In this document: positions 8,416 to 16,476 of the stretch, in pieces
Layout of the letters: each line of letters begins with the position of its first letter
Numbering within the stretch: position 1 is the first letter of the stretch
Notes under the pieces: model-generated
Database searches by the model: none
Told to the model about the DNA's origin: nothing
What the model saw: only the letters and a program-made list of their open reading frames with translations
Position numbers and translations under genes: made by a program
DNA from: Akkermansia muciniphila ATCC BAA-835
GTDB lineage: Bacteria > Verrucomicrobiota > Verrucomicrobiia > Verrucomicrobiales > Akkermansiaceae
DNA length: 32,000 nucleotides
Reading direction: 5' to 3'
NCBI RefSeq assembly: GCF_000020225.1
Contig: NC_010655.1
Span: 810,001 to 842,000, forward strand

Positions 8416-9600
8416 ATGAACTGCACATCCCTTACCATGGCCGGACTTCTGGCCGCCCTGTCCCTGGGAATTCCCTCCCTGGCGGATTCCATTGCCCCGG
8501 GCATTCTTCTTCCCAAAAAAAATACCAAATCCATTTCCTTCTCCCCCAAGGGGACCTCGGACATTTTCCTGCTCGGAATCATGCCGCAGGGAAGTTCCGT
8601 CAAGAAAGGGGAATCCGTAGCTCAGGCGGACTTCCGCATACTGGACAATAGTATCGAAGATTATGAACGCGCCATCAAGAGCAAGAACCTGGAGGTGTTG
8701 AAACTCCGGTACGCCCTGGACCAGCAGAAGGAACGTTCCGCCCTGGCCCTGCAAAAATATCAGACGGCCCTGACACGGACGGAAGAGGATCAAAAGGATT
8801 TTCTGGAAAAACGGAAGGCCCGCATGCTGGCGGAAGAAGAGGAACGCGTCAACAAAGCCCTGCGCCACATGTCCTACAAACAGGAAGAGCTGAACCAGCT
8901 TACCAAGATGTACAAGGATGACCAGGTGGCGGAAGAAACGGAAGAGATCATTTTGAAACGCCTGAAAAATGAACTTGGGGAAAGCGAATTTGCCGTTCAG
9001 GGAGCCAAACTCGTTGCGGAACTGGCCAAGCTGCGCAATATTCATCGCCTGGGGGAAGACTATGCTACGGCAGTCAAGGAAAAGCAGATGGATCTGGAAC
9101 AGGCAAGGAAGCAGGCGGATTTTGATCTGGAACAGAAAAAGATAGCCCTGACGGAGGCGGAAGTCTCCCTGAGACGCCTTCAGAATAAGTACAATGAACT
9201 GAAAGCAGACCGGGAAATGGCCTCTTTCAAGGCCCCGGAAAACGGCATCCTGCTGTACGGCGGATATGTGGCGGACAAGTGGGTGGCCATTCCGGTGGCG
9301 GAAAAGCTGAAACCCGGCGGCAAACTGGGAGCTTTTGACAAAATCGCCACCATCGTTCCGCCAAACTCGGAACTGATTGTCCAGGCTACTCTTCCGGACT
9401 CCACCGCTACGCCCAAGGTGGGGGAAACCGTCGTCATCAAAATAACGAACATGCAGATTCCCGGCGTTATTACGGAAGCCAGCCCCATTCCGGGAGCAGA
9501 CGGCAAGCGCCGCATTATCATCACGCCCAAGGTTCCCGCCAGCCAGATTTTCGCCCCCGGCCTTCCCGTCCAGGTGACCATCAAGGACCAACAGGCCTGA
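8416..9600 (+). CDS. HlyD/membrane-fusion-protein-like periplasmic adaptor (pump partner not present in window)
   Basis: Signal peptide, then a lipoyl-like half motif (SVKKGESVAQADF), a ~200-aa heptad-rich coiled-coil hairpin, a second half motif (FKAPENGILLYG) and a beta-barrel-like tail (VGETVVIKI...GVITEASPIP). This is the standard MFP architecture. Confidence 0.72.
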   Translation: MNCTSLTMAGLLAALSLGIPSLADSIAPGILLPKKNTKSISFSPKGTSDIFLLGIMPQGSSVKKGESVAQADFRILDNSIEDYERAIKSKNLEVLKLRYALDQQKERSALALQKYQTALTRTEEDQKDFLEKRKARMLAEEEERVNKALRHMSYKQEELNQLTKMYKDDQVAEETEEIILKRLKNELGESEFAVQGAKLVAELAKLRNIHRLGEDYATAVKEKQMDLEQARKQADFDLEQKKIALTEAEVSLRRLQNKYNELKADREMASFKAPENGILLYGGYVADKWVAIPVAEKLKPGGKLGAFDKIATIVPPNSELIVQATLPDSTATPKVGETVVIKITNMQIPGVITEASPIPGADGKRRIIITPKVPASQIFAPGLPVQVTIKDQQA

Positions 9601-9619
9601 TTTCCCTTAACGGATCCCC

Positions 9620-10846
9620 ATGAATAAAGCCGTCCTTTTCCTTGCCGCCCTTGGAGCCAGTACGGCGCTCTGCGCTCCTGTTCCGGCGGAAAAAGCGGAA
9701 AAAAGGGATACCATTCCCATTGCCAGGGTTCCGGATGTTCCGCCTCCCTCCCGGGAAACGCTGGACGCTTCTATCCGGAAGGCGGCTGACTTTCTGTTGA
9801 AAGAACAGAACAGGGACGGTTCCTGGGGAAACCATACGCGCACCAAGGGTCTGAATGTTCTCTGCCCTTATCCGGAAGGCCCCAGATCATTCAGGACAGC
9901 CTCCACCTCTTTGTGCGTGATCGGCCTCCTGACCAGCCCCCTGAAAGAAGACCCCGCCGTCAAGGCATCCCTGGACAAGGCGCTGCAGTACCTGCTAACC
10001 ACGCTGCCCACCCTGAAACGGGGAGACACCCGTACCGTGCTTGGCGTATGGGGCCATGCCTACGGCCTCTCCGCCCTGAGCCGGGCGGCGCGGAACCTTC
10101 CTGCGGATGCCCCTTTGCGCGAAGAACTCAAAAAGGTGGCCTCCCTCCAAGTCAAAGCGCTGGACCAGATGGCGGACGTCCAAGGCGGCTGGGGCTATTA
10201 CACATTTGAAACTTTTTCCAAGCGTCCCATTGGAGAACCCACTTCCTTCCTGACGGCTACAGTCCTTCTTGCCTACAAGGACGCGGAACAGGCCTTTGGC
10301 CTCAAAGCGGAACCCCGCATCGTCAAACGCGCCGTCGCCTGCCTGGAAAAACTGAGGACGCCCGCCGGCAGCTACGTCTATTCCCTTTCCCATTCCTTTT
10401 ATCCCGGCAGGCCCATCAACCGCCACACCGGCAGCCTGGCCCGCACTCCCGCCGGGGATCTGGCTCTGATGCGGTATGACCCGTCCTTTATTTCCAGGAG
10501 TCAGCTGGAAGACGGCCTGGAACGCATCTGGAGCCGCGGCGGCTGGCTTTCGCTGGCTGTAAAGAAGCCCATTCCCCATGAAAGCTTTGCCCAGAACGCG
10601 GGCTATTTTTTCTATTACGGGTATTATTACGCCGCCCGCTGCCTGGAGGAAGTGACGCCGGAACACCTGGCGCGCCATGCGGCCCATCTGGCAAGCGACC
10701 TCCTGCCCATGCAGGAAGAAGACGGGTCCTGGTGGGATTACCCCCTGTACAATTACCACAAATTCTACGGCACCGGATATGCCTTATATGCCGTCTCCCG
10801 CGTCAGAGAATCCCTGTATCCCTCTGATGCGGCAACAACTTCATGA
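9620..10846 (+). CDS. Secreted prenyltransferase/squalene-cyclase-repeat (alpha/alpha toroid) protein, paralogue 1
   Basis: Signal peptide MNKAVLFLAALGASTALCA. QW-like repeats FLLKEQNRDGSWG and MQEEDGSWWDY, with GGWGYY in the middle. The periodic helical pattern is typical of terpenoid cyclase/prenyltransferase beta-subunit-type toroids. Confidence 0.72.
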   Translation: MNKAVLFLAALGASTALCAPVPAEKAEKRDTIPIARVPDVPPPSRETLDASIRKAADFLLKEQNRDGSWGNHTRTKGLNVLCPYPEGPRSFRTASTSLCVIGLLTSPLKEDPAVKASLDKALQYLLTTLPTLKRGDTRTVLGVWGHAYGLSALSRAARNLPADAPLREELKKVASLQVKALDQMADVQGGWGYYTFETFSKRPIGEPTSFLTATVLLAYKDAEQAFGLKAEPRIVKRAVACLEKLRTPAGSYVYSLSHSFYPGRPINRHTGSLARTPAGDLALMRYDPSFISRSQLEDGLERIWSRGGWLSLAVKKPIPHESFAQNAGYFFYYGYYYAARCLEEVTPEHLARHAAHLASDLLPMQEEDGSWWDYPLYNYHKFYGTGYALYAVSRVRESLYPSDAATTS

Positions 10847-10849
10847 CCC

Positions 10850-12103
10850 ATGTTCCGCCCGCTGACGACCATTTTTCTCGCCACCTTGTGCCTGCATCTT
10901 CCCGCAGCGCAGGGGGAATCCGTGCCAGAGGAAAAAACGGATGTTATTCCAATCGCCAAAATCTCGGATATTTCCCCCGCAAAACCCGGACAATTTGACA
11001 GGGCATTCCGCCGCGGCGTGGATTTCCTGCTGAAAACGCAAAATAAGGACGGCTCCTGGGGCGACCACCGGGTAATCGGCACCTGGAACATCCTCTGCCC
11101 CTACCCGGACGGGCCCCTCACCTTCAAAACAGCCAGTACCGCCCTGTGCATTGCAGGGCTCAACGCCAGCCCCCTGCATCATGAACCCGTCGTGCAGGAA
11201 GCCATGACCCGTGCTGAAGACTATCTAATCCGTACGATGCCCCATCTGAAACGCGGCGACGCTCTGTGCGTTTACAACACCTGGGCGCATACTTACGTGC
11301 TGGATGCCATGAGCATGAGGGCTGCAAGACTGGCCCCGGACAGCCTTCGCTACAGGGAACTGAAGGAATGCGCCCGCTCCCAGGTAAAAAAACTTAATGA
11401 ACTGGCTTCCGCCATGGGGGGCTGGGGCTACCTCACTTATTCCGGCTTCAGCAAACGCCCTGCGGCCCAGCCCACCTCTTTCCTGACGGGAACCGTCCTT
11501 ATCTCCGCCTGGATGGCAGGAAAATCATTCGGCCTTTCCCTTGATGATAAAATATTTACCCGCGCGCTGAAATTCCTCAAATCCCAGAGGACGCCTGCGG
11601 GAACCTATGTTTATTCCCTTTCCCATTCCTTCTATCCCGGCAGGCCCATCAACCGCCATACCGGCAGCCTGGCCCGGACTCCCGCCTGTGATTACGCCAT
11701 CAGGCTCTGGGAACCGGAGGACATCTCCCTGCGCCAGCTTGTGGACGGCCTGGACCGCCTGTGGAGCCGCAGGGGATGGCTGACGATGGCCCTGCATAAA
11801 CCAACTCCCCACGAGAGTTTCGCCCAGAATTCCGGCTATTTTTTCTATTACGGATACTATTATTCAGGAATGTGCCTGGACATGCTGGCGCCAAACCAGG
11901 TAAAGCGTCATGCATCCCTGTTGGCGGACGATATTCTCACCCGCCAGGGAACAGACGGGGCCTGGTGGGACTACCCCCTGTATAATTACCACAAATTCTA
12001 CGGCACCGGATATGCCCTGTACGCTCTTTCCCGCGCCTGGGACAAGCTGTACGGCCAACCGGAACCTTCTCCATCCTCTATTTCCACACTATCCCGGCCA
12101 TGA
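10850..12103 (+). CDS. Secreted prenyltransferase/squalene-cyclase-repeat (alpha/alpha toroid) protein, paralogue 2
   Basis: Collinear with paralogue 1 over its whole length, with roughly half or more of residues identical by eye. Same motifs (FLLKTQNKDGSWG, GGWGYL, TDGAWWDY). It starts 3 nt after the paralogue 1 stop. Confidence 0.72.
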   Translation: MFRPLTTIFLATLCLHLPAAQGESVPEEKTDVIPIAKISDISPAKPGQFDRAFRRGVDFLLKTQNKDGSWGDHRVIGTWNILCPYPDGPLTFKTASTALCIAGLNASPLHHEPVVQEAMTRAEDYLIRTMPHLKRGDALCVYNTWAHTYVLDAMSMRAARLAPDSLRYRELKECARSQVKKLNELASAMGGWGYLTYSGFSKRPAAQPTSFLTGTVLISAWMAGKSFGLSLDDKIFTRALKFLKSQRTPAGTYVYSLSHSFYPGRPINRHTGSLARTPACDYAIRLWEPEDISLRQLVDGLDRLWSRRGWLTMALHKPTPHESFAQNSGYFFYYGYYYSGMCLDMLAPNQVKRHASLLADDILTRQGTDGAWWDYPLYNYHKFYGTGYALYALSRAWDKLYGQPEPSPSSISTLSRP

Positions 12104-13245
12104 TAAATACCATGAAATCGCTTTTGGCGCTCTGCCTGTTTTACAGTGCGGCTTCCGTCTCCACCGCAGAAACCCCAATTAAACATACTTCCTTCAGACC
12201 CGGAGAAATCTGGACGGACAACAACGGCGCGCACATCAACGCCCACGGCGGCGGCATCCTGTACGACAAGGGAACCTATTACTGGTACGGGGAACACAAG
12301 GTGGAGGGGGACGCGGGAAACTATGCCCAGGTGGGGGTTCACTGCTATTCCTCCAAAGACCTCTATAACTGGAAGGACGAAGGAATCGCCCTGAAGGTGG
12401 TGGAGGGGGACCATTCCCACCCCATCGCCAGGGGCTGCATCCTGGAACGCCCCAAAGTGGTTTACAACAAAAAGACCGGAAAGTACGTGATGTGGTTCCA
12501 CCTGGAACTCAAGGGGAAAGGATATGGATCCGCTTACGCGGGGGTGGCAACGGCAGCAAAACCCACAGGGCCATTTAAGTTCCTGAAGGCCGGGCGAGTC
12601 AATCCGGGCAAATGGCCCCTGAACATGGATAAAAAGGACCAAACCATGGAGACATTCAAAGGGGTACCCGGCCTGACTTCCAGCGCACTGCCCGAAGGCG
12701 TACGTTCCGAGGATATGTTCAAGAAGGATTTTGAAAAAGGACAGATGAGCCGGGACATGACCATTTTTGTGGATGACGACGGCAAGGCCTACCACATTTA
12801 TTCTTCTGAAGAAAATAGCACAACACACATTGCGGAGCTGACACCGGATTACACGGGGCATACGGGAAAATTCGTCCGGGCATTTCCCGGACGCTTCATG
12901 GAAGCTCCCGCCATCTTCAAACATAAAGGCAAATACTATTTCATCGCCTCCGGATGCACGGGCTGGGCTCCCAACGCCGCCCGCAGCGCCGTGGCCAAAA
13001 ACATCGCCGGCCCATGGATGGAATTGAAAAATCCCTGCGTGGGGCCCAAGGCAGGCATCACGTTCGGCGGCCAGAGCACTTTCATCCTGCCCGTGCAGGG
13101 CAAGCCCGGAAAATTCATCTTCATGGCGGACATCTGGCGACCGCAAAATGCCATTGACGGCCGCTATATGTGGCTTCCCATCCAGTTTGACGGAGACCAG
13201 ATCAAACTGGAATGGAAGGACGAATGGACGCTGAAAGACATGTAG
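12100..13245 (+). CDS. Glycoside hydrolase family 43 (five-bladed beta-propeller), copy A; possibly exo-beta-1,3-galactanase-like subfamily
   Basis: Signal peptide, then TDNNGAHINAHGGGILYDKGTYYWYGEHK, ILERPKVVYN..GKYVMWFH, RDMTIFVDDDGKAYHIYSSE, FMEAPAIFKHKGKYYFIASGCTGW and GKFIFMADIW. These are repeated propeller-blade motifs characteristic of GH43. The ATG at 12100 overlaps the upstream stop (ATGA); the alternative start is 12112 (MKSLL). The subfamily guess comes from remembered similarity of the AHGGGI..GTYYWYGE block and is unverified. Confidence 0.8.
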   Translation: MINTMKSLLALCLFYSAASVSTAETPIKHTSFRPGEIWTDNNGAHINAHGGGILYDKGTYYWYGEHKVEGDAGNYAQVGVHCYSSKDLYNWKDEGIALKVVEGDHSHPIARGCILERPKVVYNKKTGKYVMWFHLELKGKGYGSAYAGVATAAKPTGPFKFLKAGRVNPGKWPLNMDKKDQTMETFKGVPGLTSSALPEGVRSEDMFKKDFEKGQMSRDMTIFVDDDGKAYHIYSSEENSTTHIAELTPDYTGHTGKFVRAFPGRFMEAPAIFKHKGKYYFIASGCTGWAPNAARSAVAKNIAGPWMELKNPCVGPKAGITFGGQSTFILPVQGKPGKFIFMADIWRPQNAIDGRYMWLPIQFDGDQIKLEWKDEWTLKDM

Positions 13246-14375
13246 TACGTTTACCTCCAATACATATGAAAATATTAACAGCCATCCTTTCCGCTAATCT
13301 GGCATGCTGCCTTTTCTCCGTTGCCGCAGCAGAAACCCCAATTAAACACACCTCCTTCAGACCCGGGGAAATCTGGACGGACAACAACGGCGCGCACATC
13401 AACGCCCACGGCGGCGGCATCCTGTACGACAAGGGAACCTATTACTGGTACGGGGAACACAAGGTGGAGGGGGACGCGGGAAACTATGCCCAGGTGGGGG
13501 TTCACTGCTATTCCTCCAAAGACCTCTATAACTGGAAGGACGAAGGAATCGCCCTGAAGGTGGTGGAGGGGGACCATTCCCACCCCATCGCCAAGGGCTG
13601 CATCCTGGAACGCCCCAAAGTGGTTTACAACAAAAAGACCGGAAAGTACGTGATGTGGTTCCACCTGGAACTCAAGGGGAAAGGATATGGATCCGCTTAC
13701 GCGGGGGTGGCAACGGCAGCAAAACCCACAGGGCCATTCAAGTTCCTGAAAGCCGGGCGAGTCAACCCGGGCAAATGGCCCCTGAACATGGATAAAAAGG
13801 ATCAGACGACCGAATTCACCAAGGAAATGCCCGACTACGTCCGCATCATCCGCAGGGACTATCCCGGCGGGCAGATGAGCCGGGACATGACCATTTTTGT
13901 GGACGACAATGGAAAAGCCTACCACATCTATTCCTCGGAAGGCAATATCACCCTTCACATCGCGGAGCTGACGCCGGATTACACGGGGCATACGGGAAAA
14001 TATGTCCGGGCGTTCATCAACCGTTACATGGAAGCTCCTGCTATTTGCAAACACAAGGGCAAATACTATCTTATCGCTTCCGGATGCACGGGCTGGGCTC
14101 CCAACGCCGCCCGCAGCGCCGTGGCCAAAAACATCGCCGGCCCATGGATGGAATTGAAAAATCCCTGCGTGGGGCCCAAGGCAGGCATCACGTTCGGCGG
14201 CCAGAGCACTTTCATCCTGCCTGTACAGGGCAAACCCGGAAAATTCATCTTCATGGCGGACATCTGGCGGCCCAAAAACGCCATTGACGGCCGTTACCTG
14301 TGGCTGCCCATGAAATGGGAGGGTGACCAGATTATCCTGGAATGGAAGGATGAATGGACGCTGGATGACCTGTAA
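12166..14375 (+). repeat. Tandem direct duplication (~1.13-1.16 kb period) comprising the two GH43 genes
   Basis: 12166-12637 matches 13329-13800 (offset 1163) with only a handful of substitutions by eye. 12951-13100 matches 14081-14230 (offset 1130) without any difference I can see. The segment between is divergent and includes a net 33-nt length difference. Confidence 0.9.
13266..14375 (+). CDS. Glycoside hydrolase family 43, copy B (tandem paralogue of copy A)
   Basis: Same motifs as copy A. The ATG at 13266 gives signal peptide MKILTAILSANLACCLFSVAAA; the track start at 13212 overlaps copy A and adds no signal peptide. Confidence 0.8.
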   Translation: MKILTAILSANLACCLFSVAAAETPIKHTSFRPGEIWTDNNGAHINAHGGGILYDKGTYYWYGEHKVEGDAGNYAQVGVHCYSSKDLYNWKDEGIALKVVEGDHSHPIAKGCILERPKVVYNKKTGKYVMWFHLELKGKGYGSAYAGVATAAKPTGPFKFLKAGRVNPGKWPLNMDKKDQTTEFTKEMPDYVRIIRRDYPGGQMSRDMTIFVDDNGKAYHIYSSEGNITLHIAELTPDYTGHTGKYVRAFINRYMEAPAICKHKGKYYLIASGCTGWAPNAARSAVAKNIAGPWMELKNPCVGPKAGITFGGQSTFILPVQGKPGKFIFMADIWRPKNAIDGRYLWLPMKWEGDQIILEWKDEWTLDDL

Positions 14376-14394
14376 ATTTATCTCCTTCCTTTTT

Positions 14395-14868
14395 ATGCAG
14401 GATACGGTTTATTGCTTCCATCTCCTTGCCGGAAGGCAGAAGCGGAGCCTTCTGTATGCCTTGTGCTCCGCTCTCCTTGTTGCAGCAGTCTGGCTGCTTC
14501 ATCCGGAATGGCCTTTCTGGGCGGGCTACATTGCCTGGGCACTCGCTTACGCGGCAACGCTGATTGTTCAACACACCATTCCCCTTCCCATCCGCTGCCC
14601 GCACTGCGGAAACGCCGGGCTTTATTCTGCTCCGCAAACTCCGGAAGAACAAAGAAGGCCGGATACAGGCATCATGCTGGAATGCCGGGGTTGCGGTTCC
14701 ACCTTTTACACGGACGCCTATTTGCCCTGGCCGGGAAAAATTATCCGCCGGCGCCCCACTTGCCCGGAAGAATGGGAAGAAAAATCTGCCCGTAAACAAG
14801 CCGGGCCCGCTTCCTCCGGAGAGGAACGCAGGCCGGAAAGGTCTTTCGTCAACGGAGGAAAAATCTAA
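14395..14868 (+). CDS. Small membrane protein with a C-terminal zinc-ribbon (hypothetical)
   Basis: The ATG at 14395 lies 19 nt after the GH43-B stop. Two hydrophobic helices (LLYALCSALLVAAVWLL, AGYIAWALAYAATLIV) are followed by CPHC-x32-CRGC and a basic/acidic tail. There is no family recognition. Confidence 0.5.
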   Translation: MQDTVYCFHLLAGRQKRSLLYALCSALLVAAVWLLHPEWPFWAGYIAWALAYAATLIVQHTIPLPIRCPHCGNAGLYSAPQTPEEQRRPDTGIMLECRGCGSTFYTDAYLPWPGKIIRRRPTCPEEWEEKSARKQAGPASSGEERRPERSFVNGGKI

Positions 14869-15284
14869 CGGGCTTTTTTGGAAGCCATCACGTAATTCCT
14901 CATGCGCTGGTCTGCGGGGGTGGTGGGGCGCACGCTGGTAACCCAATTGCCGTCCTTATCCTTCTTTTTGATTTCCGTTCTGTCGCGGTACAATTTCGCG
15001 GAGAAATCGCTGGAATCAAGAACAACCGGCCCCGGACCTGTCGTGACAATGGGAGTGGGAGGAACCTCCGCAACCACCGTCATTGGAGCGGCAAGGGAAT
15101 TATACCAGTACACCAGTTCCTGCTGGCCGACAGGATCGTCCGGATAAGGAGCATAAGCTCCGTTATTGGTGGAAACCTTTACATAGGCCGGTTCCGGAAA
15201 TGTGGTCTGATAGGAAGAGGGGGAACAGGCCCCCAACAACAAAAGGCCGGCTCCGCCGGCAATAATCATGGAATGCAGTTTCAT
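14865..15284 (-). CDS. Lipoprotein (hypothetical)
   Basis: MKLHSMIIAGGAGLLLLGAC carries a lipobox (LLGAC). It is convergent with the upstream cluster, and the stop codons overlap (cta/taa at 14865-14868). Confidence 0.65.
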   Translation of the reverse strand: MKLHSMIIAGGAGLLLLGACSPSSYQTTFPEPAYVKVSTNNGAYAPYPDDPVGQQELVYWYNSLAAPMTVVAEVPPTPIVTTGPGPVVLDSSDFSAKLYRDRTEIKKKDKDGNWVTSVRPTTPADQRMRNYVMASKKAR

Positions 15285-15458
15285 ATAGGCATTGGACTCT
15301 CTTCCGCCACCTGCCGTTCAGAGGATGTACGGTTCCGGAATATTACGGGCACCCGCGCGTCTTGCACTTGAGCGCCATTCCCAGCGCCGTACGCCATCAT
15401 GCGGAGGAAAGGAGCTTGCCGTCCCCCCGGCGGCATGGTTGAATATTATTTCCTCTCC

Positions 15459-16358
15459 ATGATTACGGATTTCCGGCTGAAAGTGTTTGAAACCGTCGCA
15501 CGGCGCCTGAATTTTACGCGCGCGGCGGAAGAACTGTTCATCACGCAGCCGGCCGTCACCCGGCATATCAAGGAACTGGAACGTCTGCTGGATGCCCGTC
15601 TGTTCAAAAGGGAGGGACGAGGGATTGCCCTGACGGCGGAAGGCGTGCGCCTGCTGGCCCATTCCCGCCGCATCCTCAAGGAATACGAAACGCTGGCTGA
15701 AGAAATATCCTTTGGCCGCAATTCCCCTGTTTCCGGCGAATTGAGCCTGGGAGCCAGCTCCACCATGTCCCAGTATGTGCTGCCTCCGCTGCTGGCCCTG
15801 TTCAACCGCCATTACCCGGAAATACGCATATGGCTGAAAAGCGGCAATACGGAGGAAATAGAACAGGCCGTCCAGGATGAATCCGTGCAGCTTGGCATCG
15901 TGGAAGGCACGGCAACGCGCGCGAACCTGCATTACCAGCCATTTATGGAGGACGAAATTATTCTGGCAGGAGGCATGCAGGCCGCCGTGCCCAGTGAAGG
16001 GCTTTCCCTCCCGCAACTCTCCCATGTGCCCCTGATCATGCGTGAACCGGGGTCCGGCACGCGTCGGGTGGTGGAGGAAGCGCTGAAAAAACACGGGATC
16101 TCCGTTTCCGGCCTCCATGTTCTGATGATGCTGGGCAATACGGAAAGCATCAAAATGTATCTGGAGCATTCTCCGGCGTGCTCTTTTCTCTCCTCCCTTG
16201 CTGTCCGGGGAGAATTCAAACGCGGAAGTTTGAAGAAAATACATCTTCGCCACCTGGAAATTCGCCGCACCTTCCACTTCGTCTCAGGACATGGAGACCA
16301 CAGCAGAATCAATGAACTGTTCATCAAGTTCTGCCGATATTATTATAACAAAATTTAA
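15459..16358 (+). CDS. LysR-family transcriptional regulator
   Basis: N-terminal HTH MITDFRLKVFETVARRLNFTRAAEELFITQPAVTRHIKELE, followed by a LysR substrate-binding-domain pattern. The ATG at 15459 matches the family N-terminus; the track start at 15399 is upstream. Confidence 0.9.
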   Translation: MITDFRLKVFETVARRLNFTRAAEELFITQPAVTRHIKELERLLDARLFKREGRGIALTAEGVRLLAHSRRILKEYETLAEEISFGRNSPVSGELSLGASSTMSQYVLPPLLALFNRHYPEIRIWLKSGNTEEIEQAVQDESVQLGIVEGTATRANLHYQPFMEDEIILAGGMQAAVPSEGLSLPQLSHVPLIMREPGSGTRRVVEEALKKHGISVSGLHVLMMLGNTESIKMYLEHSPACSFLSSLAVRGEFKRGSLKKIHLRHLEIRRTFHFVSGHGDHSRINELFIKFCRYYYNKI

Positions 16359-16392
16359 TTGGCTATAACAATTTTTAATTAGATTTTATAAT
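16344..16392 (+). promoter_or_regulatory. Two 17-bp direct repeats spaced 20 bp apart plus a TATAAT box; candidate LysR operator and promoter for the downstream YeiH-family gene
   Basis: tataacaaaatttaatt (16344-16360, overlapping the LysR stop codon) and tataacaatttttaatt (16364-16380) are 15/17 identical. TATAAT lies at 16387-16392, with a poor -35 overlapped by repeat 2. The function is inferred only. Confidence 0.4.
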
Positions 16393-16476
16393 GGCTGCAT
16401 CGTATATTATTCCGCAGCCAATTCGGTACGCTCCCGGCCAGATACAACGGGCAGCCGCAACCATCATTTACCGACC

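Noticed and set aside
8314-9591. 425-aa minus-strand ORF antisense to the HlyD-like adaptor gene
   Set aside because: Its composition is F/L/G/R-rich nonsense, mirroring the purine-rich coiled-coil codons on the + strand. The + strand product has a coherent signal peptide and MFP architecture.
11998-14054. Minus-strand ORFs 11998..13260 (420 aa) and 13275..14054 (259 aa) antisense to the two GH43 genes
   Set aside because: They simply mirror the duplicated + strand genes, which carry signal peptides and GH43 blade motifs. They have no motifs of their own.
14865-14868. Overlapping stop codons of the convergent Zn-ribbon and lipoprotein genes
   Set aside because: It is real in the sequence, but this is a common compact-genome arrangement and does not indicate a special mechanism.
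15318-16277. 319-aa minus-strand ORF antisense to the LysR gene
   Set aside because: The + strand encodes a textbook LysR HTH. The antisense product has no recognisable features.
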